Shown here piece by piece: positions 34,934 to 44,703 of a stretch of 64,000 nt of DNA. A program made the translations under genes and the position numbers. The stretch spans positions 78,118-142,117 of the forward strand of contig JBBRWS010000002.1 in assembly GCA_038249055.1 (NCBI GenBank), written 5' to 3'. Positions within the stretch are counted from its first letter, which is position 1. Each line of letters begins with the position of its first letter. This DNA comes from Minisyncoccia bacterium. Lineage in GTDB: Bacteria > Patescibacteriota > Minisyncoccia > Phycocordibacterales > UBA9973. The notes beneath the pieces are model-generated. The model worked only from the letters and a program-made list of their open reading frames with translations, made no database searches and was not told the DNA's origin.

Positions 34934-35203
34934 ATGTATTTTATTTATATTTTAGAGTGCTCAGATAAAAGTCTTTATACCGGATCCACAAATGATCTAG
35001 AAAAAAGACTCCATAAGCACAACAATTTAAAATCCGGAGCGCATTATACTAAAATACGCCGACCCGTAGTTCTAAAATATTCAGAAGAATTTGATACTTT
35101 AAAAGAAGCTAGGAGAAGAGAGGCCGAACTTAAAAGGTGGAGCAGAATTAAAAAATTAAATTTGATATCAATGTGTTTAGATGATAATGACATAAAAGAT
35201 TAG
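34934..35203 (+). CDS. GIY-YIG nuclease superfamily protein (second copy of the small stand-alone type)
   Basis: MYFIYILECSDKSLYTGSTNDLEKRLHKHNN…; homologous to the protein at 3646-3885. Confidence 0.7.
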   Translation: MYFIYILECSDKSLYTGSTNDLEKRLHKHNNLKSGAHYTKIRRPVVLKYSEEFDTLKEARRREAELKRWSRIKKLNLISMCLDDNDIKD

Positions 35204-35284
35204 GTGCTGAGCATAGTAGTGCGAATGCGGGGAAATAAAAAGAATGAATAGGGAGGAAAAGATTAAATTAATTCTCAACAAATA

Positions 35285-35854
35285 ATGGAAAAGACCATAC
35301 AACTCGATAAACAAAATTTAAATTATACTTTAAAGCTGAGCAATAGATCAAAGAATATCAGACTCTCTATTCACAGAAATGGAAGTTGTGTAGTCACAAC
35401 CCCAAGGTATATTCCTCAATTTATCATTAATAATTTTTTAAAATCTAAGTCAGATTGGATTATAGGTAAAATGGAGTATTTTTTGAAATTTAAAGGAAGT
35501 ACTTTTAAAAAAGGAACTAAATCTGATTATTTAAAATATAAAAAAGAGGCGCTAATAATCGTAAATAATAGACTCGAATATTTTAATACATTTTATGGGC
35601 ATAAATGGAATAATATTGTTATTAGAAATCAGAGTACCAGATGGGGGAGTTGTTCTAGAAAAGGTAATTTAAATTTTAATTATAAGATAGCATTACTGCC
35701 AGAAAAGGCGTCTAATTATATTATTGTACATGAGCTATGTCATCTTGGGGAATTTAATCACTCTAAAAATTTTTGGAATCTAGTATCTAAAACAATACCG
35801 AATTATAAAGAAATTAGAAAACAATTAAAAAATAATGGATTTATTCTTGAATAA
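35285..35854 (+). CDS. YgjP-like M48-superfamily metal hydrolase (DUF45; UTP pyrophosphatase family)
   Basis: …RWGSCSRKGNLNFNYKIALLPEKASNYIIVHELCHLGEFNHSKNFW… matches the DUF45 HExxH(x)EFNHS core. Confidence 0.75.
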   Translation: MEKTIQLDKQNLNYTLKLSNRSKNIRLSIHRNGSCVVTTPRYIPQFIINNFLKSKSDWIIGKMEYFLKFKGSTFKKGTKSDYLKYKKEALIIVNNRLEYFNTFYGHKWNNIVIRNQSTRWGSCSRKGNLNFNYKIALLPEKASNYIIVHELCHLGEFNHSKNFWNLVSKTIPNYKEIRKQLKNNGFILE

Positions 35855-35949
35855 TTCTGTGCTAGGCAAGACATAGTGCAGAGACCTATTACAGAAAATA
35901 TAATTCAATTATGCATAAATCCTTTCAATTTACCTCAAAATAAGGTAAA

Positions 35950-37434
35950 GTGATAACCTATATGGCTCAAGGAGAAGTAGTAGTACGTTTTGAAAAGGTT
36001 TCATTTGAATATGGACACAACAAGCCAATTTTGGATGCTGTAGATTTTTCGATACGACGCGGAATGAAAGTCACAATAATGGGACAAAATGGTGCTGGTA
36101 AAAGTACTATATTTTCATTAATAACAGGAGAACAGGTTCCCGAAGATGGCCAAATACACAGAGCTCAGAGAACAACAATTGCTCTTTCTCGTCAAGTAAT
36201 TCCCCGTGATGAGTTAGGACTAACAGTTCGGGAATTTTTTGAAAAATGTTTTTCAGAAAAAGTATATGATATTGACCCTAAAATAGATGATGTACTCGAG
36301 GTTGTTAATTTGAAAGGACACGAAAAAGTGCACGAAAGAATTGTCTCATCTTTTTCGGGTGGTCAACAGGCACGCTTACTTCTTGCATCTGCTCTTATTC
36401 AAGAACCAGATATATTGCTTTTAGATGAACCAACAAATAATTTAGACAAAGCAGGGATTGCACACCTTACAGATTTTCTAGTTAAATACAAAAAGACAGT
36501 TATCGTTATTTCTCACGATGCGGAATTTTTAAATAGATTCACTGATGCAGTTTTATATTTAGATCTTTATACAAAAAAAATTGAACAATATGTAGGTAAC
36601 TACACAGATGTAAGAGATCAAATAGCGGCAAGAATGGAAAGAGAAAATCGTAAAAACGCGATGCTTTCAAAAGAAATCTTGGCTAAAAAAGAACAAGCAA
36701 ATGCCTTTGCTATGAAGGGAGGTAACTTACGTGCTGTTGCAAAGAGAATGAGAGAACTTGCTGAAACTTTAGAAGAGGAAAAAGTAGATGTAAGGAAAGA
36801 AGATAAAACTATTCGACCTTTTACTATTCCTGTTCAGGAAAATATAATAGGAGACCTTGTAACTTTTTCATCTATCTCAATATATAAAAATCATAAAATA
36901 AAAAAAATAAAGGCAAGCATAAAGCTTCGTAAAAATAAACACTTATTACTTTCAGGTCCAAATGGAATAGGGAAGAGTACCTTACTTGAATTAATTGCAA
37001 AAAGAGATGCCGAAGGAATATTTATATCACCCGATGTTCGGATAGGATATTATCGTCAGGATTTTTCAACTCTAAATTTTAATGATACAGTTTATGAAGC
37101 TCTAGCGAATACAACCAGAATTGTAGAAGGACGTGTAAACGAAGAGGCCATCCGCTCTACAGTAGCAGGGTTTCTAATTACAGGAGATATGGTCCACACT
37201 AGGATTGGTAGTCTGTCTGAAGGACAGAAAGGACTCGTTGCTTTTGCTCAACTTGTACTTACTCGACCAGGACTTTTAATTCTTGATGAGCCGACAAATC
37301 ATATAAATTTTCGTCACTTACCTGTTATAGCAAAGGCACTTTCTGAATATCAAGGGGCAATGATTCTCGTATCTCACACTCCTGAGTTTGTGGAACAAAT
37401 TCGCATTGATGAAATATTGGACTTAGATAAATAA
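35950..37434 (+). CDS. ABC-F family ATPase (two tandem ABC domains, no TMD)
   Basis: Two Walker A (GQNGAGKST; GPNGIGKST), two signature motifs (FSGGQQARL; LSEGQKGLV), linker between them. Confidence 0.8.
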   Translation: MITYMAQGEVVVRFEKVSFEYGHNKPILDAVDFSIRRGMKVTIMGQNGAGKSTIFSLITGEQVPEDGQIHRAQRTTIALSRQVIPRDELGLTVREFFEKCFSEKVYDIDPKIDDVLEVVNLKGHEKVHERIVSSFSGGQQARLLLASALIQEPDILLLDEPTNNLDKAGIAHLTDFLVKYKKTVIVISHDAEFLNRFTDAVLYLDLYTKKIEQYVGNYTDVRDQIAARMERENRKNAMLSKEILAKKEQANAFAMKGGNLRAVAKRMRELAETLEEEKVDVRKEDKTIRPFTIPVQENIIGDLVTFSSISIYKNHKIKKIKASIKLRKNKHLLLSGPNGIGKSTLLELIAKRDAEGIFISPDVRIGYYRQDFSTLNFNDTVYEALANTTRIVEGRVNEEAIRSTVAGFLITGDMVHTRIGSLSEGQKGLVAFAQLVLTRPGLLILDEPTNHINFRHLPVIAKALSEYQGAMILVSHTPEFVEQIRIDEILDLDK

Positions 37435-37506
37435 AAATAGCCCATAAGGTTAATTTGCTAACCGAAGGTCATATGTCTATGGGAGACTCTGATCTTGATT
37501 GAAAAA

Positions 37507-37550
37507 AACATTGAGGTGATTTATTGTAATCACCTCAATGTTTTTTTTGT
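37507..37550. terminator. Bidirectional terminator (AACATTGAGGTGATTTATTGTAATCACCTCAATGTT + T8)
   Basis: 13-bp stem with T-run. Between the convergent ABC-F and nitroreductase genes. Confidence 0.6.
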
Positions 37551-37566
37551 TCTAATTTTATTTGTA

Positions 37567-38208
37567 TTAAATAAACTCAACTACATCATTAAAGTCTCTT
37601 CTAACTTTTGGATAGTTACTAGTTGTGTCTTCACCTCTATATCCAATTGTTAAAATTGATGATGATTTTAAATTTTTTTCTTTCAATTGTAGTATTTCAT
37701 CAACTTTTTCAAATTGAAATCCTTCCATTGGGCAAGTATCAATATCTAAGAGAGATGCAGTTTCTATCATAATTCCTAGTGGAATATAAGTTTGATTTTT
37801 AACCCAAGCATCCAATGTACCATCTGCAAGTTTTTGAGCAACACTATTCTCTAGCATTGATTTAAATCCATCAAGTTTTTCTAAATCCATGTTTCTTATT
37901 TTGGAAATTCTATTTATTGTTTCATTTGTTAAACTTACAGCACTATCTGTTCTATATGTTATTACAATTAAATGTGAGGCCTCAGTAATTTGAGATTGAC
38001 CGTAAGCCGCTACTTTTAGTTTTTCTTTTAAAGTCTCATTTTTTACTACAATAAATTTCCACATTTCACTCCCATAAGAACTAGGAGCTAAGCGTGCAGC
38101 TTCTAAAATAATATTAATATCTTCTTCTGATACTTTTTTATTTGTATCGAATACCTTTGTTGCGTAACGCCAATTTAATGATTTTAGTATTTTTTCTTTT
38201 ATTTCCAT
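37567..38208 (-). CDS. NAD(P)H nitroreductase family protein
   Basis: …RYATKVFDTNKKVSEEDINIILEAARLAPSSYGSEMWKF… nitroreductase N-terminal signature. Confidence 0.75.
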   Translation of the reverse strand: MEIKEKILKSLNWRYATKVFDTNKKVSEEDINIILEAARLAPSSYGSEMWKFIVVKNETLKEKLKVAAYGQSQITEASHLIVITYRTDSAVSLTNETINRISKIRNMDLEKLDGFKSMLENSVAQKLADGTLDAWVKNQTYIPLGIMIETASLLDIDTCPMEGFQFEKVDEILQLKEKNLKSSSILTIGYRGEDTTSNYPKVRRDFNDVVEFI

Positions 38209-38329
38209 ATCATTTAATATAATTATTATTATAAATATATTATACTCAAATAATTAAACAATATCCATTTATTTAATGAGTTTTGTCAATGAGACAAAAC
38301 AGTTAAGATGTGCGTATAATAGGTGAGTA

Positions 38330-38911
38330 ATGATAAATCATGAAGAATGCATTAACAGTACAGATAATGAACTGGTCAAATTATCGCTAGATAATCCGGA
38401 CCATTTTTTGTGTTTAATTAGAAGGTATGAGGGTAAGTTACTCCATTATATTATGAGAATTTCTAAGTTTAGACGTGAGGATGCCGGAGATATTCTTCAA
38501 GATATTTTTGTAAAAACTTACTATCATTTAAATGAATTTGATGATGGATTAAAATTTTCATCATGGATATATCGAATTGCTCACAATCAAACTGTTAGCG
38601 AAATAAGAAAAAAATCAAGTAGACCATCAGTTCCATTTGAAAAGGAAGACCTTGATAGATTTGAATATGTTTTTGATATAATTAAAGAGATTGATAATTC
38701 TTTAGATAGAGAAAAAATAGATAAAGCTCTTTCACTGCTAGATGAAAAATACAGAGAAGTTCTTGTGCTAAGATTTTTAGATGAAAAAGATTATGTTGAA
38801 ATTGCTGATATTTTAAAAAAGCCAATAAGTACTGTAGGTAATTTAATATTAAGAGGAAAAAAACTTTTTAAAGAAGAGTATGAAAAGTTAATAAATGAAT
38901 CAAATAAGTAA
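38330..38911 (+). CDS. ECF-type sigma factor (second copy)
   Basis: Region 2 plus region 4 HTH (DYVEIADILKKPISTVGNLILRG). Confidence 0.75.
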   Translation: MINHEECINSTDNELVKLSLDNPDHFLCLIRRYEGKLLHYIMRISKFRREDAGDILQDIFVKTYYHLNEFDDGLKFSSWIYRIAHNQTVSEIRKKSSRPSVPFEKEDLDRFEYVFDIIKEIDNSLDREKIDKALSLLDEKYREVLVLRFLDEKDYVEIADILKKPISTVGNLILRGKKLFKEEYEKLINESNK

Positions 38912-38919
38912 TTATAAAC

Positions 38920-39648
38920 ATGGAGAATCAAAATATAAGCCAAATAGCATTACAAAAAATAAAGGAAAGTGGGATTAAGCCTATTTCCAAAAATGTCTTT
39001 AATTTAAAAAAGGTGATTTTTTGGTCTCTTGTTGGGTCCTCTCTTGTTATTGGGGCTATTTCATTTTCTGTTACTTTATCTATGTTATTTAATAATGACT
39101 GGGATTTATACCAAAGATTTGGATTTAGTTTTATTTTTAAAACCCTGCCATATTTTTGGGTTGCTTGTTTATTGTTCTTTGCTATTTTAGGAGAATTTTA
39201 TTATAGAAAAACTTTTTTTGGTTATCGCCATAGAGTTATAACGATTATGGGAATATATATTATTTTAACAATTATTTTTGGTTCAATTCTTCATTTCTTT
39301 AGAATAGGAGAAATTGTTGAGCAGTCTATGTCAGATAATATTTCAATTTATCACGGTTTCGTATTTGATAAAAGTGAATTTTGGTCTCATCCAGAAGATG
39401 GACTTATCTCTGGCAAAATTATTGATGTTGAAAATAACATTATTAAAATAGTTGATTTTAATAATGTTATTTGGACTGTAAATATGGATAATGCCATCAT
39501 TGGGAGACAAGTAGAAATAGAAGAAGGCAAAACCATAAGAATCATTGGGGATTTAGATAATAATAATATTTTTGTTGCGGAACATCTTCGTCCCTGGATA
39601 GGTGCCAAATTAGATGTAAATGATTTAAAGATTAATATGATGAGATAA
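38920..39648 (+). CDS. Putative membrane anti-sigma factor / hypothetical membrane protein
   Basis: Starts 9 nt after the sigma gene. About 4 TM helices, then a soluble C-terminal domain. Confidence 0.4.
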   Translation: MENQNISQIALQKIKESGIKPISKNVFNLKKVIFWSLVGSSLVIGAISFSVTLSMLFNNDWDLYQRFGFSFIFKTLPYFWVACLLFFAILGEFYYRKTFFGYRHRVITIMGIYIILTIIFGSILHFFRIGEIVEQSMSDNISIYHGFVFDKSEFWSHPEDGLISGKIIDVENNIIKIVDFNNVIWTVNMDNAIIGRQVEIEEGKTIRIIGDLDNNNIFVAEHLRPWIGAKLDVNDLKINMMR

Positions 39649-39760
39649 ATTTTCTATCTCTTGCGTAGTATAAATGTAGGTAGTAACGATACCTTACATT
39701 TATTAAATTAAATCAAATTAACTTTATTATATAAATTGTAAAATAAAGTAAATAAATCAA

Positions 39761-40186
39761 ATGAAAAGTAAAAATAAATTAATAATGAGTGGATTGATGG
39801 CGTTGGTTTTAGGTTTAGGGGTTTCAGGTACAGCCCTTGCCTATAAAGGAGATTTTTCAAAAGAAGGTCCTAATTATACTCCAGAATTTCAATCTCAAAT
39901 TACTGAAGTTCTGACTAATAAAGATTATGAAGGATGGAAAGATCTTATTGAAGAAAAAGTTGGTAATAGTAGAGTTACCAAGGTAATAAATAAAGATAAT
40001 TTTGGTAAATTTGCTGAAGCATGGAGATTAGCAAATGAAGGTAAAATTAAAGAAGCAAACGTTCTTAGGAAAGAATTGGATTTAAGGACGAGTAGTGAAA
40101 AAATGTTTTCTAATAGAGGAAATCATAAAGGCATGGGGAAAGGGAATCATCATAGTATGAGGGATGGAAATGGTTTTAATAGATAA
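39761..40186 (+). CDS. Hypothetical secreted protein with His/Gly-rich C-terminus
   Basis: Signal peptide (LIMSGLMALVLGLGVSGTALA). C-terminal NHKGMGKGNHHSMRDGNGFNR. Confidence 0.45.
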   Translation: MKSKNKLIMSGLMALVLGLGVSGTALAYKGDFSKEGPNYTPEFQSQITEVLTNKDYEGWKDLIEEKVGNSRVTKVINKDNFGKFAEAWRLANEGKIKEANVLRKELDLRTSSEKMFSNRGNHKGMGKGNHHSMRDGNGFNR

Positions 40187-40201
40187 TTAAATATTCTTTA
40201 C

Positions 40202-40231
40202 AAAAACCCATAATTTAAATTATGGGTTTTT
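40202..40231. terminator. Terminator hairpin (AAAAACCCATAATTTAAATTATGGGTTTTT); a second hairpin lies at 40254-40290 for the convergent minus-strand gene
   Basis: Perfect palindromes with flanking A/T runs. Confidence 0.55.
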
Positions 40232-40288
40232 GTCTTTTAATAATACTTATTAAAAAAACAGGTTCATAATATAAATTATAAACCTGTT

Positions 40289-40780
40289 TTAAAAAATTAA
40301 ATTTATTAATCCAAAAACGGAATAAATAGTACCAGCTAAAGTTAGAGTGCAAATAATTTCACTCATAAAAAATAGCATAAAGTTTTTTCTCGGAATATTA
40401 TTCCAAGCGTGGTGTCCATCACGATAATAAAGGATAGTTACTACTGGATCCGTACATAAGAGTCCAATAAATAAGAACCAATTACCAATCTTTTTTAACT
40501 TTAAGATTTTTCTTGTGACAGATGTGTGTTCAGTTGATTCTTGTTTTTGGTGTAATTTTTCTTTTAAATATTCGATTAGAAGCCAATCTTTTTTTGTGAA
40601 ATCATAGATTAGTATCATGGAATATCTTATTAAAAAACTAAATAAAAACATTAATAAAATTGCAATTTTAAAATCATTCATTTCCGCAATTTTATACTCA
40701 ACAATCTTGATTGCCATATTTATAGCAATAAAAACAATTAAACCAATTTTAAATTGATCTGGAATTATAACCCTTTTCAA
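40289..40780 (-). CDS. Hypothetical polytopic membrane protein
   Basis: 163 aa with about 4 hydrophobic helices. Confidence 0.4.
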   Translation of the reverse strand: MKRVIIPDQFKIGLIVFIAINMAIKIVEYKIAEMNDFKIAILLMFLFSFLIRYSMILIYDFTKKDWLLIEYLKEKLHQKQESTEHTSVTRKILKLKKIGNWFLFIGLLCTDPVVTILYYRDGHHAWNNIPRKNFMLFFMSEIICTLTLAGTIYSVFGLINLIF

Positions 40781-40947
40781 TTTTTGCCTCCTTTTTATTA
40801 AGCGTCAGTTTTTATCAATATTAACCTATTTAAATTTTTTTACAAGGAGGATATCTATGCATTCTGTTCTATATATTTATAAAAATGGTATAATTAGCGA
40901 GTTGTCGTTTATTATTTAAATTAAAACGCTAATAGCGGAATAAATAT

Positions 40948-41343
40948 ATGAAAAAAGGATATAAAGATAATATCGAAATACTATCAAAAGAAAATGTAAA
41001 TTTTCGTAAGGTTTTATACACAGGGGAACATTGTCAGCTTGTCCTTATGAGCCTGCTTGCTAATGAAGAGATAGGAATGGAAGTGCATCCTGACAATGAT
41101 CAATTTTTTCGGTTTGAGGAGGGTAGCGGAAAAGTAATAATCAATGAGACAGAATATGAGGTTTCAGATGGAGATGCTGTTGTCGTGCCTTGTGGTTCCA
41201 ATCATAATGTTATAGCGGGGGTTGATGGACTTAAAATGTATACGATATATTCTCCAGCTCATCACAAAGACGGTATAGTTAGAGTTACTAAAAATGAAGC
41301 AGAAAGCAACGAAGCTGATTTTGATGGCGTAACTACAGAATAA
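40948..41343 (+). CDS. Small cupin-domain protein
   Basis: 131 aa. Two-motif cupin pattern (…HPDNDQFFRFEEGSG…; …VVPCGSNHNV…). Confidence 0.65.
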   Translation: MKKGYKDNIEILSKENVNFRKVLYTGEHCQLVLMSLLANEEIGMEVHPDNDQFFRFEEGSGKVIINETEYEVSDGDAVVVPCGSNHNVIAGVDGLKMYTIYSPAHHKDGIVRVTKNEAESNEADFDGVTTE

Positions 41344-41346
41344 TAA

Positions 41347-42459
41347 ATGATTAGTTTTATTTATAAAAAAATAATTAAACCCATACTTTTTTCCTTTCCA
41401 GCGGATGATGTACATACCTTCTTTTTGAAGACGGGGAGGTTTTTGGGTAAATTTTCTTTTTTTAGATTGATTGTAAAAAACATTTTATTTTACAAAAATG
41501 ATATTTTGAGTCAAAAAATTTTTAATATTTCATTTCAAAATCCAATTGGTCTTGCCGCTGGTTTTGATTATGATGCAGATTTAATAGAGATATTACCTTC
41601 AGTAGGATTTGGTTATCACACTGTTGGAACAGTTACTAATCTTCCATATGCAGGGAATGCAAAGCCAATGCTCGGAAGACTTCCTAAATCAAAGTCTTTA
41701 TTAGTAAATAAAGGTTTTAAGAGTATGGGGATGGAATCTGTATTAAAAAAAATAAATAAAAAAGAAAAGAAAATTCCATTAGGGATAAGTATCGGTTCAA
41801 CTAATAAAGCATATCAAAACATAGAAGAAATGACTAAAGACATAATTCTATCTTTTAGAAAAGTTTTAGAAGAAAATTATTTTGATTATTTTGAGTTAAA
41901 TATTAGTTGTCCGAATCTTATAAATTCAGAAAATTTAACTACAAAATTCGATACACCAGATGGATTGAAATTATTACTTTCCAAGTTAGAAAAACTTTTT
42001 ATTAATAGACCTTTATTTATAAAAATGTATTTAGAAAAAAGTATTGAGGATACTCTTTCCTTAGCAGAAGTTGCTTCCTCTTTTCCATTTATAAGTGGCC
42101 TAATTTTTTCAAATTTAGTTAAGGATAGAACTAATCCTTCTTTTGACAAAGAAGAAATAAAAAGTGCAGGTAAGGGAAATTTTAGTGGAAAACCAACAGA
42201 AAAAATTACCAATATTCTTATTAGTGAAGTTTATAAAAAATATAAAGAAAGATTTTTAATAATTGGTTGTGGTGGAGTTTTTACAGGAGCGGATGCTTAT
42301 GAAAAGATAAAGAGAGGAGCAACTTTAATCCAAATGATTACAGGAATGATTTATGAAGGACCAAGTCAAATAGGGAAGATAAATAAAGAGCTAGCTTTAT
42401 TAATTGAAAAAGATGGTTATAAAAATATAAGTGAAGCCGTTGGTGTCTATTATAAGTAA
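41347..42459 (+). CDS. pyrD: Dihydroorotate dehydrogenase, class 2-like
   Basis: NPIGLAAGFDYDADLIEILPSVGFGYHTVGTVT…GNAKPMLGRLPKS… aligns with the family-2 DHODH core. N-terminal hydrophobic extension. Confidence 0.8.
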   Translation: MISFIYKKIIKPILFSFPADDVHTFFLKTGRFLGKFSFFRLIVKNILFYKNDILSQKIFNISFQNPIGLAAGFDYDADLIEILPSVGFGYHTVGTVTNLPYAGNAKPMLGRLPKSKSLLVNKGFKSMGMESVLKKINKKEKKIPLGISIGSTNKAYQNIEEMTKDIILSFRKVLEENYFDYFELNISCPNLINSENLTTKFDTPDGLKLLLSKLEKLFINRPLFIKMYLEKSIEDTLSLAEVASSFPFISGLIFSNLVKDRTNPSFDKEEIKSAGKGNFSGKPTEKITNILISEVYKKYKERFLIIGCGGVFTGADAYEKIKRGATLIQMITGMIYEGPSQIGKINKELALLIEKDGYKNISEAVGVYYK

Positions 42460-42534
42460 AATGAAAAAAGAGCCTTGCGGGAGCAAGACTCTTTTTTTGT
42501 GGGATAAATAAATATCGTTTTTTATTTTTACCCT

Positions 42535-42831
42535 TTAGTTTTTGAACGGTAAACCAAATACATACCTACGATTTGATTTTTTCGCTCCATTTTCTGGGAC
42601 TTTATGTCCAATAAAAAAATATTTTTCAAGCTCATTGTTGACCTGGAATAACCGGGCAGTTTTAAATAATCTTATCTGGTCGTCATCAACACAAACTTTT
42701 TTGTTTACAGTTTTGTCTTTAGATGTTGCTATACTAGCTGCTCCTATTGTTTCTGTAAACTGGTAAAGATTTCCAACAACGGCTGAATCTGTTCCCCATG
42801 TGTATAGGGTACAATTGTTTGTTTTACACAT
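42535..42831 (-). CDS. Hypothetical protein (weak call)
   Basis: 98-aa ORF divergent from the downstream adenosyltransferase gene. No motif. The overlapping + ORF 42542-42766 is the alternative. Confidence 0.3.
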   Translation of the reverse strand: MCKTNNCTLYTWGTDSAVVGNLYQFTETIGAASIATSKDKTVNKKVCVDDDQIRLFKTARLFQVNNELEKYFFIGHKVPENGAKKSNRRYVFGLPFKN

Positions 42832-42913
42832 AAATGTAATTTTTTTATTTAAAGAATTTATTTTATTATATCTCTTTTACAAAAATAGTCAAGAGGTGTT
42901 TTTTTATTTAAAA

Positions 42914-43546
42914 ATGAAGCATGTTATACTTAGTCATATGAAAAAAATTCAAAATAATTTAAAAAAAGATAAAAATATTTTATATACTGGTTTTGGTGAT
43001 ACTGGCATGACTACTCTTTTTGATTGTAAACAAGGTAAAATTTCTAAGAGCGCCATTCTTATCGAGGCCCTCGGTTCGGTAGATGAGCTCAATGCGTATT
43101 TAGGAATAATCAAAGTATATTCAGATATTGATAAAATTGTTTTAAAAATAGGAACTAAAAAAATATTGTTTAGTAAAATTATTGAAGATATTCAACAAAA
43201 TTTATTTATAATTCAGGCAGAACTTGGAGGATCTAAAATGTTTATCGGCAAAAAAGAATTAACTAAAATTGAAAATATAATAAATAAAGTAGGGGAGGTC
43301 CTTCCTCCTATTACATCATTTACTATTTCGGGGGGGAGTATTATTAGCTCTGGTTTAGATTTTGCTCGTACACTTGCCCGTAAGTCAGAAAGAAGAATTA
43401 TATCAACAAACGAAGAAGGGATAAGAATTATTAAACCAAATACAATTTCTTATATGAATAGACTTTCTAGTGTTCTTTTTGCGATGTCACGTTATTCTAA
43501 TCATATTTTTTCTATTCCAGAAAATCATCCGGATTATAATAAATAA
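42914..43546 (+). CDS. PduO-type ATP:cob(I)alamin adenosyltransferase family protein
   Basis: …ILYTGFGDTGMTTLFDCKQGKISKSAILIEALGSVDELNAYLG… (YTxxGDxGxTSL…DELN) signature. Start at MKHV or MKKIQ (42938). The track start at 42800 is unlikely. Confidence 0.75.
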   Translation: MKHVILSHMKKIQNNLKKDKNILYTGFGDTGMTTLFDCKQGKISKSAILIEALGSVDELNAYLGIIKVYSDIDKIVLKIGTKKILFSKIIEDIQQNLFIIQAELGGSKMFIGKKELTKIENIINKVGEVLPPITSFTISGGSIISSGLDFARTLARKSERRIISTNEEGIRIIKPNTISYMNRLSSVLFAMSRYSNHIFSIPENHPDYNK

Positions 43547-43582
43547 CTCCAAATAAACTATAAAATATAGTATAATATCGAT

Positions 43583-43712
43583 ATGGATCCCGTTAGAGAT
43601 GTGTTTGTTGTATTTTATGGGATACTTAGAAATATTTATAAGGTTTGTATTATTAACTCTAATTAATAAGATACGTCCCACCTAAAGAGGGACTATCTCT
43701 AACGGGATGGAT
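43583..43712 (+). repeat. Start-codon-overlapping inverted-repeat leader element, copy 2
   Basis: Arms ATCCCGTTAGAGAT (43587-43600) and ATCTCTAACGGGAT (43695-43708) form a perfect 14-bp IR. Direct repeat ATGGAT at 43583-43588 and 43707-43712. Internal hairpin GTCCCACCTAAAGAGGGAC. TATAAT at 43571-43576 puts a likely TSS at the left arm. Right-arm ATG is the CPBP start. Confidence 0.6.
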
Positions 43713-44321
43713 TCCATAAAACACGAAAGAGAAATTGTCTGGTTACAAATATTATATTTATATTTGATTCCGATTCTCCTTCTTTATTATAGAGTAATCT
43801 CTAGTAATTTTCGTATTTTAATGCTACTACTCGTTACTATTTTAATATATGGAATTACTCGTTATGAAAAATGGAATAATCAAGATTTTGGAATTCAAAA
43901 AGATTGGAAAAAATATTTTTGGCAATATTTAATTTTTACCATCGTAGGAGTTATTTTTCTTTTTGTAATAGAAGAGTTTGAGGTTGGAAAACCATTTTTA
44001 AATTGGTGGAAAAATGCTAAATTTTTGCTTTTATTTATTCCACTTAGTGTTATTCAAGAATTATTATTTCGCGGAATATTAATGAATATGTTTCGACGCG
44101 TTTTTACGAGTCCTATTTTTATAATTGTTTTAAATGCCTGCATCTTTGCTTTAATGCATGTTATTTATCTTAATTCAGCTTTTGTTATTCCAGTGACTTT
44201 TATTGCAGGTATTGGTTTTGCTTGGATGTATTATAAATATGAAAATTTAATTTTAATATCGATTTCTCACACAATCCTTAATTTTGTTGCAATGATATTT
44301 GGGTTTTTTATTTTAAGGTAA
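43707..44321 (+). CDS. CPBP-family intramembrane metalloprotease (CAAX protease / Abi-like)
   Basis: Motif 1 EELLFRGILMN and motif 2 …FALMHV… within a polytopic membrane protein. Confidence 0.75.
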   Translation: MDSIKHEREIVWLQILYLYLIPILLLYYRVISSNFRILMLLLVTILIYGITRYEKWNNQDFGIQKDWKKYFWQYLIFTIVGVIFLFVIEEFEVGKPFLNWWKNAKFLLLFIPLSVIQELLFRGILMNMFRRVFTSPIFIIVLNACIFALMHVIYLNSAFVIPVTFIAGIGFAWMYYKYENLILISISHTILNFVAMIFGFFILR

Positions 44322-44360
44322 TATATTCGCTTTTTTATATAAACAGGATATAATAAATTT

Positions 44361-44690
44361 ATGGTAGATCTTAAAGAATTACAAAAAGAGGTGATGAGAA
44401 ATAAGATAGAGAAAGGATTCAATACTACAGATGTAGCATTAGAATTTTGTCGAGCCCATGAAGAGCTTTCAGAAGCATTCTCTAAGTTTAATAAAAACCA
44501 AGAAGGAGTTGCTGAAGAATTTGCAGATGTTGCAATCTTTTTACTTGGAATGTGTGAAATTCTAGGTTATGATTTAGAAAAAGAATTAGTTGAAAAAATA
44601 GAGAAAAATAAAAATCGTAAATATATAAAATCAAAATCACCTGATGGTAAAGAAATACACATAAGAGTTAAAACAGATATAGATCCATAA
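44361..44690 (+). CDS. MazG-like all-alpha NTP pyrophosphohydrolase (small single-domain form)
   Basis: …EEFADVAIFLLGMCEILGYDLEKELVEKIEKNKNR… (EExxD…L…G.DL) MazG catalytic helix pair. Confidence 0.6.
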   Translation: MVDLKELQKEVMRNKIEKGFNTTDVALEFCRAHEELSEAFSKFNKNQEGVAEEFADVAIFLLGMCEILGYDLEKELVEKIEKNKNRKYIKSKSPDGKEIHIRVKTDIDP

Positions 44691-44703
44691 TAAAAAATCC
44701 GCT

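Noticed and set aside
42542-42766. 74-aa + strand ORF overlapping the minus-strand ORF 42535-42831
   Set aside because: It has no promoter or start context, and its composition looks like the reverse-frame shadow of the minus ORF. I kept only the minus-strand call, at low confidence.
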